Assembly (NCBI GenBank): GCA_002633005.1
Contig: NMRA01000223.1
Location: 442,290-506,289, forward strand
Reading direction: 5' to 3'
Length of the DNA: 64,000 nt
Source: Phoronis australis
Lineage: Eukaryota > Animalia > Phoronida
Shown: in pieces, positions 27,370 through 40,000 of the stretch
Layout of the letters: each line of letters begins with the position of its first letter
Numbering within the stretch: the stretch's first letter is position 1
Translations under genes and position numbers: made by a program
The notes under the pieces: model-generated
Seen by the model: the letters and a program-made list of their open reading frames with translations, nothing else
The model's database searches: none
Told to the model about the DNA's origin: nothing

Positions 27370-27527
27370 TTATTTTTCTATAAATGTTAAGAGAAATCTA
27401 TAAAACTGGGCTCATATTGCTGTTATTTTTCTATAAATGTTAAGAGAAATCTATAAAACTGGGCTCATATTGCTGTTATTTTTCTATAAATGTTAAGAGA
27501 AATTTATAAAACTGGGCTCATATTGCT
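27370..27527 (+). repeat. Minisatellite, 3 x 53 bp
   Basis: Unit TTATTTTTCTATAAATGTTAAGAGAAATCTATAAAACTGGGCTCATATTGCTG at 27370, 27423 and 27476. Confidence 0.95.
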
Positions 27528-28600
27528 CCTCCCATAAATTTTTAGCTAGGCAGGAAGTTACAGTTAGTTATTGCTCAGACCAGGCTCAACAAGTTCGCCT
27601 GTCCAAAAGGGTCAGTTTAAGATGAGAGCATGGTCTCCAGCCATAACAAACTGATCGGAAATTCTTTTCATGTTAAAAAGAACAAGTTGGGACCAGTTTA
27701 TCAAATACCAGTTTCTTAGACAGAGGAGGGTTTACAGTAGGTGAGTTTCTTATCAGGGCGGATTAGTTAGTCGCAAGATCAGTAAGGCTGTGATAGGAGC
27801 CCAGATACTTTATTGTAATCAATTTCAACTCAAGCAAATGAAAATGACACGATGATATAGCTTCGAAAGGGCGAATATACAGAGTTATATACCAGAGCAT
27901 GGTTTACATTGGCTAATGGGAGACCTTCAATTAGCAACATGGCTGACAATCATGAGGGATATGATACTACTGCCCTCTAGATCATGAGGAGTCACTTTAT
28001 AACTTTAGTTGAGCACACACCACGTCTTATCACATACATTGTAAAGGGTCTTTTCATAAAGTAAAGCCCTTCCTCTAAACCAGCAGCTGTGAATACACAA
28101 CTTCTGGTACGGCTAGGTGGTGATATTAGTCACTGATATCATGTGACCGGACCCCATTGCTACCCAAAAGTCTCCCATTGTACATGTACAAGCTCACCTA
28201 AAATGCTTCAAGAAGTCAAAAATACAAAACAGAAACCTATACTTCTTATCATATTTAGAAATGCTTTGCTAACGGTGCAGTTTGTTGTCGTGTGTTCAAT
28301 ATTTACTTTCACGAATTTCATTGCACATCTTCCAACACAGGACTGCAGAAAGTATTTCGCTAACCATACATAGCATCAATGAAATGAATCCAGTCACGAC
28401 CATTGAGAACAGTACAAAACAAAAACATAACACACAAATAAGACGTTCACAGTAATATCGTCATTCATAAACATCACAACCCAGCCAATTTTAATTTTCA
28501 AAAATAAAGTTCCCTGATAACTACACTCATCGCCCATGCAGTCCAGACAGAATCTTCACAGTTTGCCACTCAGGTAACAAGGTAGTGAGCTCTAGTCCAA

Positions 28601-28679
28601 CCATCTCTTGACGGGGGTCTCCAGTCAGCGCCAGCATATGACCTACTTTCAGCGCTGACCTTCATAAAGTCAAAGATGG
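28601..28679 (-). promoter_or_regulatory. SECIS element (type II) in the SELENOT 3' UTR
   Basis: Minus strand reads CCATCTTTGAC-TTT-ATGAA-GGTCAGCGCTG-AAA-GTAGGTCATATGC-TGGCGCTGACT-GGAG-ACCCCC-GTCAAGAGATGG. It shows helix I (11 bp, one bulge), the AUGA/GA non-Watson-Crick core, an 11-bp helix II, unpaired AAA and an apical mini-stem. Confidence 0.92.
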
Positions 28680-29294
28680 GGGGAAGTGAGCCTAATGACC
28701 TTGAGGCCGGCGCAAAGTGATGCTCTGTCCTGAAATGGCAAAGCGTATATTCTTCAACACGACAATTGCCCATTGTCCGTTATTTTTTGAAAATCAAGGC
28801 AAAGTGTTTATTCTTCAACATGGCAAATGCTCACTGTCCATTTTTTTTGAAAACCAAGTCGTTTGAAAGTTAATAAAAAATCTGAGACATGTCTCCCAGC
28901 AGTAACAAAAAATACCTTAAACACAAATCTTACTGTCGCCATTCAATTTTTTGAAATTCATATTCAAAGCAAAACCGATAATTTTCAAACAAAATGATGG
29001 TCACGTGATTTTTGAATGATGATTGAATGAAACATGAAATGACTGACTGAAATCTCAACTACAGTAAAGGTAACAGTCGCCGGTTTCCTCTTTAAAGGAA
29101 CATCATTTGTTCTACGACCAAAAAGGCATTTTTGGGATTGTTGTTGGATATGACAAACTTCTTGAAGTTATTAGCTTGAACCAGAGTTACAACACAGCAA
29201 AATACATCAAGTTTTTATGATTTTATAACAAATCGCCAATGCTCTCCATTGTCTGCTATACATACGTTTAAAGTACTCTGCTACTCAATGTGTG

Positions 29295-29366
29295 GGATTT
29301 AGTTCAACTAGCAGAGTGTCTGGCTGCAGCGCAAGCGTTTCAGGTTTAATTCCGTAACAGGATCAA
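29295..29366 (+). mobile_element. Possible degenerate tRNA-derived SINE head
   Basis: An A-box-like TAGTTCAACTAG and a B-box-like GGTTTAATTCC lie at tRNA spacing, followed by a T-run. There is no intact cloverleaf. Confidence 0.3.
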
Positions 29367-29440
29367 TCTCATTTTTTTTTCTCACCAATGTCACTTAAAT
29401 TAGCACAAATGTCCATTATAACAAATTCTTACGTGATCTG

Positions 29441-32400
29441 CTAAGCTTGCTGAGGTCCAAGTTTCATGTGGTTTTCTATGATCTGAAAGAATTCCTGACC
29501 GGACGGCAATCGGCCAGTTTCCAATTTGGACCACACGGGCACATCTGAAATGAAGAGGACATGATAAGCAGCCAAGACACCAGGGTTCGGTGCCTAACCT
29601 CCCACCTCGTACACCAAATTATTTTTCACCTTTTCTGTTGTATGTAGACATACTTGAGTACATTAAGTTTTCATTATTCTGTACTCAAGTTATGGTTCAT
29701 ATTGATGAATGTTGAATCCTGGTTCAGATGACCCCAACAATAAAATTATAAGCTTTAGCTTGAGATCTCAAGTTTGAACTAAGGATTGTAGCTCGAATCC
29801 AGGCGTCATCATGTGAGAACTTGGACTAGGAATTGTTCTGCGTAAACTGTAATGTGCTTGAATGGACAATAGCAAACATTTATCGTGAGTTTGTACTAAA
29901 GAACAAGAATACTATAAAGTTCCAGTTTGAGTTCAGAATTTAGACCCAGTGCCCAGGAGTAAACCAGATTACAGTTGATAGTTTATTAACACCGATCTCT
30001 GCACATACATTCAAACCTTTGTTCAGAAGTATACTAGGGTAATTTGTCCACTGATCAAAACTATGAACTCTGCCTATTGATAGCATGCTGTGTGTTCCAG
30101 ACCACACTAGTAATTCAATTCTAACACATCTCCCCCAGGGCACAACTGTTACTTTGGTTGATTATGTAACTCAAGTAATTGTAACATTTCATCAGCCACT
30201 ATTTGAATAAGGCAAACTAAATAGACATTAAGCTAATTAAAGCAAACATTAAGTAATTTCAATGTGTTCAGATATTGTATCGCTTTAATTTAGCAACAGT
30301 TCACCTGTGATCCCCACCCTTAGCATTTTTGTTAAATTGAAATTTGTTAATAATAAAATTAAATCACTACTAGGCAACAAATCGCAACATCAGAAGCATG
30401 CTTTTGAGAGTCATTGAGTTGTGAGGTGTTGATCGTGGGTACTCACTGCCGTGAGCCAAGTGAGTTGTCTTTCAACCCATCTATAGTCAAAGCCTCTTAT
30501 AATCCATTTTGTTCTACATGACATCATTAAGAGCACAGTGAAATATGTTTTATTCAACTATGAAAGTTTCTACAGAAATTCTACAAATTCCAATGAAATG
30601 TAAAAAAAGGAGAAAAGGTGTCGAAAATAGGTATGTTCTTCTCACCTTCATTTTTAACTGTATTCATTTGGTAAAATGATACATGCAAATACAAGAAAGG
30701 GTAAACAGACAAAATACTGTTTTCCCCGCCATAACGTGTAATTCTACAGCAAAAAATTACCAGTAACAACTATTAGGGCAGCAAAATTCTTAATACAGAA
30801 TGGCTCGGCCGCCTGACTACCTGTTAATTCCCCTTCATTTGTGATCATCAGGGGAGACAACTACTGCCGCCTTTGCAAAAGTATTGTTTTGTTTCATGTT
30901 TTGGGTGGAACCCATTGTTTTATGTTTATTTGATACAGCGACATAGCAGTCCTAAGAACAAAGTGACGAAATAATGGACCAAATGATTCTTCAGTTCCTT
31001 GATTTCTGTAATGGCAAAATTTGCTGTTGCTAACTTGCTAAATATTCTAGTTTGATTTTTGTCATTCTTACTTTAACTTAACTAGCGTCGTGGGGGTGTT
31101 TACAGCAAAAATATGAAAATTTCTCGTTCGTCACCCATCCTGCAGATACCACTTGAAAAGCAATGGATTTTTACCAGCACGTACATGACTAATAATCCAA
31201 CGTAAAGCATTACCATGCATTTTTGGAATTTTGACGCCAACTGATCAATAGCCTTATAGCATTGTACTTATGTACACAGAACAATGCTAAACAAATAGTT
31301 ACGGTAATACCATCATCAACACAAACATGACAAATCAGAAAATCTAGATGATAGAGAAAATCAATGCACACGTAATCAATTTTATTTGGTCTTGTGACAG
31401 TTGTCTGGAAAGCTAAAAGGCCAGTAACCCCTGCGGGGAAAATCTAACACTCCACTTCCTCCAAAACCTTTCGTCAGCCACTAAATAAAATCATCAATCA
31501 AAATTGTCTAGCCCTTCAAGGACTATCAAAACTACCAGAGCTCCAAATCAATATTTTACTTATTGTAATAAACAGTACTCACTTACTTATGTAAATGAAA
31601 GAAAATTTAGCATTTTCCGTGACATTGCAAAATTTCATAACTTCAACTGTCAGTAAACGATTCAACACTGGAACTGTGTAGTAACATTGACGGATATTCA
31701 CAATAACTGGAAGACAACAGTATTACCTAACCCTCATATAAATCCACTGAGTAAGCACCTAAACAGGTGCTGGTAAAAATCAAGTTTCTTGATTTTCCAT
31801 TATAAACAATTTTAATTCGTAAAACAAATTCAGGTTGTGCACAATAAAAACAACAAACAATTACACCATTTACTGTACCTGCCTAACGCAATATTAGAAA
31901 ATGTAAAGATGCACCAAAACTACAAGCTAGAAAATTAAATCTGTCATTTGTATTATGATGTTTGTTAAGTTCATTTGTCATGAGGAAAACTGAAATAAAT
32001 AGAATGTCATACATTTCTCAAGTACGGGAACAGAAGCAACGTGCAGTGGCGAAATGCAGCCACACTTGCACCGCAAACAATATGCTTCAAGGGGTGTTTC
32101 TTAGTATTATTAAAATCGCCACTAGACGGTGCTGAATATGTTGAACTCGTACAAAAAGGGAGGGCATTGTCATTTAATGAAAACCTGTTTAAGAACTCCA
32201 AAAGATAGACAAGCAGATGTAAAAAATGCCACTACGAGGCATCACACAATTTTAGTCATTCTTTCCCAATTTTCACGATCATCCTTGAGCACTTTGATGG
32301 ATTCAGAGGGAGAGGACAAGTCTGACTTCAGGACAATAAAAATGGCCACTAGGTGGTGCTGAATCTGTTGAATCCATATGAAAACTGACAAGCGCTGTTG

Positions 32401-35400
32401 TCTCCATTATTAACCTATTTGACAAATTTCATAAGAAGCTGTACTGGAACGCTGGAGCTACAGAAGCAAACGTTGAAGACTGAACTTGCCACTAGGGGGT
32501 GCAGTTGTAGTCAGATCCGTCCAAAAGTTATAACTATCCATTGCCACATACATAGCAAAACACCCTAAATTTCACAAAGATCCTGCAGAGTTATAGATCA
32601 GCCGTGGGTGCAAAAAAGTACCAGTAGGGGGTTCCAAAGTAGTCAAACCTATCTGAAAATCAACGTCAGCCATGGTCTATTTAGCAGCAACACACCTTCT
32701 AATTTTTATAATGATCCTTCAAGCAGTTTGGCCGATACATAGGAGTACGCCAAAAACAGACTAAAATATAATGAAAATGGCCATCAGGTGGTGCCAAATC
32801 TGCCAAGCCTCATCGTCTCCTTACTACAAATCTGTTGAATTCAAGTCATGAAAACCCTTCAAGACACTCTTAAAAGAGGGGCAAACATAAAAATTCCATA
32901 AGGGAACAATGACAGTTGAAACTCGTCAAGCGTTGTCAGCATCATAGGAACACACCAGCAAAAATCATTCTGCACGGAGATTAAGGAACTCACTTTGTGG
33001 TGTCGAGTTAAATGCTTAAGTTCCACTTACAACGTTATTTGGTCAAATGTGATTTGGACATTGTAATAAACCCAATGACAGGGAATGCCGAACCAAGAGG
33101 CGGGGCTTTTGCTGTGTCGTTTATGTCACTTTTGTGACACGTGACACGGACAGAAAATACAGGTCAGGGCAACTGTAATCAAATAAAAAACGTCTTTCTA
33201 AGATGACCCAAGATTGGTATTTTAGTTGTCCTTTTAAGGTAATTGTCAACCTTCAACAATTTTTTCAAAATCTCAAAAATTCAATTCAGAGCAAAAATGT
33301 CCATTTTGCAAATAAGGTGGCCATGCTCTACCTATTTCGCACAAAAATGATTACCAAATTATTCTTTTTTCTACTTTTCAAAAGCTGATTACATCACTGC
33401 CAGAGATGGGAACTTAGCCAAATATCGTTAACGACATCTACACACCACAAATCATGCTGGCAATAGACTAAAATGCTACGAATCTTTTATTTGTGAAGAA
33501 ATTTGGCAGAAAACGTGAAAGGTTTCACAAAGGATGACAATTACCATAAATGTCAAAATGCAGGCTCGTTTCTCAACTAAGAATTGAAAAATCTTACCAT
33601 TGAAAGAAACTTCAAAGGCCCCAGTTGAGATGAGTTGCGTCTCTATTGCATTACATATGAAGAACAACATCAGACTTGCATACATCTGGAAAATGTTAAG
33701 TCATTCTTGAATTAAACAACGGAAATTAAACCAAATGAATTCTACCTATCTAACTTTAATCCAGTAGTAACAACATGTCTTAAATAATTTCATATTTCAC
33801 TTCAAACAAAAGAAAACAATAAAACACTAATTTTTGTCATTTTTTATAAACAGATGTTAAGCGGTTGTAAGCTAAAGTGGTCGAAAGATCTTTAAAATTC
33901 AAAAGGAGCTATTACACTCAATGTGGGAGTCTAAGAAATTATACCATTTTTGTTCTAGCCCTTGCCACCTCTTTGTGGGAAATAACATACATTACGTCAA
34001 AAATTGAGGTGAGAAAATCACCTCCAGTCAAACTCCATTTTAGAACACACACAATTAATACTAACGTTACATATGGTTCATAGATGCTGAACTTCAGATA
34101 CTAAAAAGTTAGTTTTTTTGAACTTGTTGGTTTAAACAAACATTTTTAGTGCAAGTGAATAGACCACCATCATACTAGCAATGGGTGTGACGTAACCACT
34201 TTCTGTCCCTATTTGTGGTACAACAGTACAATATATCATGTACAAGAAATCCTTCTCAACAGTGGCAATAACAACACTGTTATGATAAAGTAACAAAAGA
34301 GATCAATTTTGGAAAAACTTGGTCTTTGTTTCAATTTCAACATTGCTATAATCTTGGACGACTTAAGAACAAAAACATTGACATTAAAGTGTACCTTATT
34401 TTCCAATGCCCAATTGTAGATATTTGGAGTAGCCATGTTCATTGCCTGGAATGGGTTGTAACCCATCACAAGAAGTACAATAAGTATAAGTTTCGAAACG
34501 GATAAAATCTGAGCACCGAGTTCATTGACAGCTCCCGGAGGGTAATTAGCACCCTCTACAGTGAGGTCGGGGTATCTCTGGCGTACCACGTGAGCAAATT
34601 GCTCGTACGCCTTGCGGTAACCTCATGAATAGCTGAAATACAAACAAAAATCAATCAATCGGATGATGTATGAAACTAGTGATCATGGCACAAACCATTG
34701 AATGGCACAACACATTACGTATAACGAAACAAGTATTTTGCATGACATGACCAATAATAGCTGAATTATGAAGCCACCACCCCCTATACTTCGGTCTGTG
34801 TGATATGCAGGCCAGTTTGCCGGTCAACTTCATTCTTTTCATGAAAACTTTGGAACAATCAACCCCAGTGATTGTCCCATTGACGTGAGTGTTAAATTAT
34901 GGAAATGACACATCGATAAGATATCTAACAGATAGGCCACGGGAACCAAGTTCAGCAACCCTCCACCATTTGTGGAAACCAGTCAGCATCAAATTCACCT
35001 CAGAGCAAGAATCAGACAAATGTAATCATCCCTTTCCCGTACAGTACTATGAAAGCAAATAGGTCAGTAAAACTCCTGAAACAGTATTGGAGCTCACAAC
35101 TCGCCATTGGCCAAGTAAAATCTGACACCAAAATTAGTCATTGAATTCTCCTTGAGTAAAGTGATTCGTTTTCCGTGCCAAAAAATGCCGTTTTACAGCT
35201 ATTTTGAGCCCTTCTAAATTTGTAGAACAGTATTATGTGCTGGCTATCAGCCCCATGAAATAGAGCGTCACCTATTGGCCCATTTCTCTTTCCGTCAATT
35301 GTTCAATCAGCTGTTCTTCTTCCTTAAGTTGCTTACATGCCACAATAAATTATTGAAATTGGTTTAATCACTCCATTACAAGTTTTTAGTATTTTAATAC

Positions 35401-36802
35401 CAGACAATCGAATTTCAGAACAAAATTTGCTTCAGCAAAGCCATCAACATCTCCCGAAATATGTTGTATAAAAATTGGCAACTGGCATGTCATGAGCATT
35501 CTGTTTTCAAGTCAAATACAGATTTTTCTTTGTTTCAAAATCCGGAGAATGACGTGTGAAAATGACATTTATTTGACTGTTTTTCACTTAAATGGCTGTA
35601 ATGGCAAGGTGAGTGGTGGTTGACTCCCAGATTTTACATGCACCCAAGCCAGTCATTAGCTCTAGCGAGCACTGATCAATTCATCAGTAGTCAATAGAGA
35701 GCTTCTGGATTTAATATTGTGATTACGGATCATACCATACAAAATATCATGTCCTAAAATGGGAATGTTTCTATAGCCAACAAACAGGGATCTTGATTGC
35801 ATCAGGAAAGCAAGGCATATGTTATGTATTATGAATAGGGACTCGGATCTTCATAATTATGTACAGTCAAACTTCCAAACAGGTCTCATCTGTCAATCGA
35901 TTTGTCCCCAGGCCCTCGTCATGATGTCAAACACCTGTAGAAAACCCATATGCCGATGGTGGGTATCGAAAACAGGTCATCAGCGTAAAAGTTGAGTTTC
36001 CAATCTGTTTAGCCAAGAGCCTATTGCCACTTAGCAAGCAATTTATAGAAGATTTATGACTGTGCAGCACACCCAGAACCAAAAATTCACTACAGTCCTC
36101 CAGATAGTGCAAACCAAGAGGAACCTGCTTTTTTGAAAGGGGGTCAGGTCATGGATTTCAGCATTATCAGGGCCGTCAGGCGCCAATGGCAATGTAAAAA
36201 AGCCACATGCGACGTGAGGTAACGCAGACAGTAATGGGGCAAACAGCACGAGTAGAGCATCCAATCTGTTCACTTCGAAAGTGATTGAGAGAGGTTTCAT
36301 CACACCAAGAACCAGATATTCAAAACACACCCAAGCCAAGGCCCAGATATTCAAAACAGACCCAAGCCAAGGCCCAATCCAGCTTTGATCCTTGATAATT
36401 CCAATGGAGAACGAGTCACACGTCACAGGTACATTGAAATTTCAGCTGCAAAAAAGCACTTCATTCCAGAACTTATGAAACACTTGTCAATTTATAAGTA
36501 TGTTGAATTGACTTGGGTACCAATTTGACTGCATTCACTTATTGGTGCATGTGGGTACGAAGTACCAAAGTGTCAAGTGACCTATTTGGATTCGTGCGAC
36601 GTCATTCACTCGAATTGTCTACGTCGTTAAACACTAACCAGAATAAAAACTTTAAAGTTGGACCCGCAAAAGTTGACATCTTTGGAACAGGGATATGTTT
36701 CTGCGACTCCTTAGCATTGACTTGTGACGAGAGGTCTCTCCATGTCAAGGCGCCAAGACATAAAAGAAATCCCAGAGCGAGCGACCAATTCATCTCCGCC
36801 AT
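29441..36802 (-). CDS. SELENOT: Selenoprotein T (thioredoxin-like), 197 aa; exons 36802-36639, 34632-34395, 33685-33598, 29544-29441; TGA at 34625-34623 = Sec
   Basis: Translation: signal peptide MAEMNWSLALGFLLCLGAL..., GPTLKFLFC-YS-U-GYRKAYEQF (CxxU), ...EGANYPP...WALENK|MYASLMLFFICNAIETQLISTGAFEVSFN D|VPVWSKLETGRLPSGQEFFQIIENHMKLGPQQA*. Splice phases are consistent and a SECIS lies downstream. A further intron starts just after the stop (donor GTAAG at 29432). Confidence 0.95.
32040..32960 (-). mobile_element. Old, diverged copy of HINE-like family A in a SELENOT intron
   Basis: Recurrent subunits with GCCACTAGGTGGTGC / GCCACTAGGGGGTGC / GCCATCAGGTGGTGC, matching the reverse complement of family A. 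Confidence 0.65.
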
Positions 36803-36809
36803 TGGTCGC

Positions 36810-37045
36810 TGAAAAACAAAATAACATATAAGCTTTTTCAATAAACAAAATAATAAGAAAAATAAGACCGTTTATTTCATATGAATAAAACCCATCTGGC
36901 CACATAAATGAGATTTGAGTTTTGAAATAAATATTATTGGAGATAAAACTAATCAACTAAAGAGCAAATTGTGGCAATGTTTTGATATTTAATAACGTTA
37001 TAACGTTTAAAGGGAAAAAGTACTGCCCCCTTGTGACACTTCCAG
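36810..37045. promoter_or_regulatory. Short AT-rich spacer between divergent SELENOT and NEK1-like coding starts (putative bidirectional promoter/outron region)
   Basis: The ATGs at 36802 (-) and 37054 (+) are only ~250 bp apart. Confidence 0.55.
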
Positions 37046-37053
37046 GTGAAAGA

Positions 37054-40000
37054 ATGGCGGGGAACTATGAAATGCTAGAGGTTATAGGTTCGGGAACTTT
37101 TGGACGTGCTTGGCTCGTTAAGTCCAAACAAAATCATCGGAAGTATGTAATTAAGGAAATTAAAGTTTCAGGAATGTCTGCGAAGGACCGCGAGCAAGCT
37201 CTGACAGAAATAACCGTGCTTGCTCGTTGCAAACACGTCAATATCATTCGCTACAGAGAGGCGTTTCTCGAAAATGGCATGCTCAATATAGCAATGGAGT
37301 ACGCGGAACGAGGTGGATCATTTGTCATTAACGTTCAATAGTATTTAAGTATAGAAATTCAAATTTGTTTGCAGTTGAGACAAATTATATGCATTTTCAA
37401 TCTACAATTTAAAGATAAATGACAGTCATACTGTACATGCCGGAGGTTTTTTGGTAAATTAAGTCTTGCCCCGGCTAGACCATCAAAGTAAGAACTTTTC
37501 AAGCTTAGAGGGACAACTTCTGGAGGCCATCGATGCCCTTCTTACTTGAACAAATATTTGGGCAATCTAGATTTCTTTCTGACAAGTCCCTTCGTCAATA
37601 ACAAAATTGTTACTGTTAGGATAGTTGCCCCTTCCCCTCCTGTCATACTTGTACTCAAGATATGTTCGCCTCTTTCTTACAGTGATATTTTTCCCACCTC
37701 CCATACCAGGTGCTTTCCTTAATTATCTCCTTGTCATTTTTGCACTTTGTTTTCGTTAAGACTTTCACAAGGATATACTGTTTCTGACCAGGTTTGAACC
37801 TGTGCTCTGTGGGCGCACCTGATGATAAAAAAGTTGTTCCAAACAGACTTAGTGTATATAAAGTGGTAACATGTGAAACAGACACCCCAATGGCAATCGA
37901 ATTAAGAACAGAATCATGTTTTACCCGACTGGCAGTAAGTTAACTAGAATCGTGCATTTTTGGAAGAGTGCTGTGCTTTAAAAGATGTGCCCAAGGAGCG
38001 CACTGCAGCAATGTACTTGACCCTTTTATTTTTTATGCACTAATGGTGCAAAGGCGCAGGTTATGTTTAGGCCCGTTATATTGTTTTATTTTTACTTGTA
38101 TTCTCAATTGTGTCATTCTAGCCGGGGCTCTAGGTTTCACATATACCTGCCATCTTGCAGTCTCTGCTCTTGTTTTTACTCTGCAATGTTCTAGTTGCTC
38201 ATATCATAACCCTGTGGCATAATACATTCTGGTAAAAATTCATTAGAGTACATTCGCGATGTTGTAACTGCGGAGAAATGGGACAGAATATCCTAGAAGT
38301 CTACATCAGATTTCCTAGTAGTCTACTATTAAACAACAGAACGAAGAAATCTGTCAGAAAGAAAACAGAGAATACTATTTGTTCAAGTTAGGAAGATTCA
38401 AAGATATTGATGGCCCTCAAACATATCCTAAGTTTTGAGATGTACTTGTAGAAACATGACTGGTCGTTTAGCTAAGGTGAGGTGTACTTTGCTGAAAAGC
38501 GTTGCGATGGCTTAGCTAAAACGAGGCTAGCCCGTTAGCTAGCTGTTTTCCAGACTGCTTTGTATTAAGGCTACCTAGTAGGTAAGATGTAATTTTTCGA
38601 TTTGGGATATTGCCAGGTTGAAAGCATGTTGCCAGGTTGAGACGATGATGCAAACCATTGTTTTGTTTCACATTTTTTATGTAATCTTCGTTTTCCTTAT
38701 TCATTATGTCAATTTTAGTTTTCATAATTTCACACATTAGCAAACCTAATTCTTGCTACAAGGGACTTTAACTATATGTATGTAACTAGATTATCTGACT
38801 GCAAACTTCAGGTGCTCATTAAGCTCTGTTTAGTGCACACCTCTCTCGGGGCATATGCTATGGCCATTAAAAGTACTGTTGACAAATTAGTCAAATAACA
38901 GCCAATCACAGAGCAGCTAGCCATTAGTCAAATAACAGCCAGTCACAGAGCAGCTAGCCATTGATGCAGTAGAAAGATTGGGAACATCACACAACTTCCT
39001 TCAAGGTTTATTTGATAGTAGAGCAAGTGAATGGCTGTAGAAGTCCGACCCTTTCTTAAAATATAGCGCGCATTCTAAAAAGAAGTAACTAAGCATCCAT
39101 GCTGCAGTCAAGCTCAACGTTATGATTTGTGGAAAAATTGTCTTACAGAAACATCTCGCTAAAGGCTTGATATGTCAGTCTCACGAATTTTGGATTTGGT
39201 GACGTATCAAAGTGTCGCATTGATTTTTTGTAGCCCATTAATGATTAAATATTGAAGCATTCCCTCTTTCAGTAAGCCAAAGGTATTCAGACAAAATGAC
39301 CTCCACTTCCCCATCATAATAGTTAGATGAAAGCCAAAGGTATTCAGACAAAATGACCTCCACTTCCCCATCATAATAGTTGGATGAAAGCCAAAGGTAT
39401 TCAGACAAAATGACCTCCACTTCCCCATCATAATAGTTGGATGAAAGCCAAAGGTATTCAGACAAAATGACCTCCACTTCCCCATCATAATAGTTGGATG
39501 AAAGCCAAATTCATCGTCAGAAGAGTTCTCTCTCATGACCGAGAATGAAGAGGAATTGATAGAAAGTTAGTAATATGGCTAAGACATTCTGTAATTTGAA
39601 TTTTGCCACCCTAATAATTGTTTTTGCTTTTCACAGAATTGGCGGTCATGACTGGATAGCGGTATTTTGTCTGATTACTTCTGTCTTGTACTGCATACGC
39701 CCAAAGGTAATGTTTGTCAAAGCTTATCACGACAATTTTGTTTTCCAGGTGATTTGAACAAAAAAATTCAAGATCAGAAAGGCCAGTACTTCACTGAACA
39801 GGTGACGACCTGTCTCATTTTAGACTAATTTTTTAACTTAATCCGTGAAAATTTTATCTTGGCAGGTTTGTGCTTCGTGAAGAATTTTGCTACTAATAAC
39901 ATTGAGTTGGCAAGGCTGTAGTTTTCACTGCTTGTATCCAGTTATTTGAGAATGGAGCCACAGCTAGTGAACCATGAACTTTGTGTTGCACCCCATAGGG

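Noticed and set aside
27370-27527. 53-bp repeats as a CRISPR array
   Set aside because: The units are contiguous with no spacers, and there are no cas genes.
29295-29366. Functional tRNA gene
   Set aside because: The acceptor and anticodon stems do not pair and the B box is degenerate; it is kept only as a possible SINE head.
39207-39536. Repetitive ORFs resembling a repeat protein or CRISPR-like array
   Set aside because: They are translations of a head-to-tail 57-bp minisatellite with no unique spacers, inside a eukaryotic intron.
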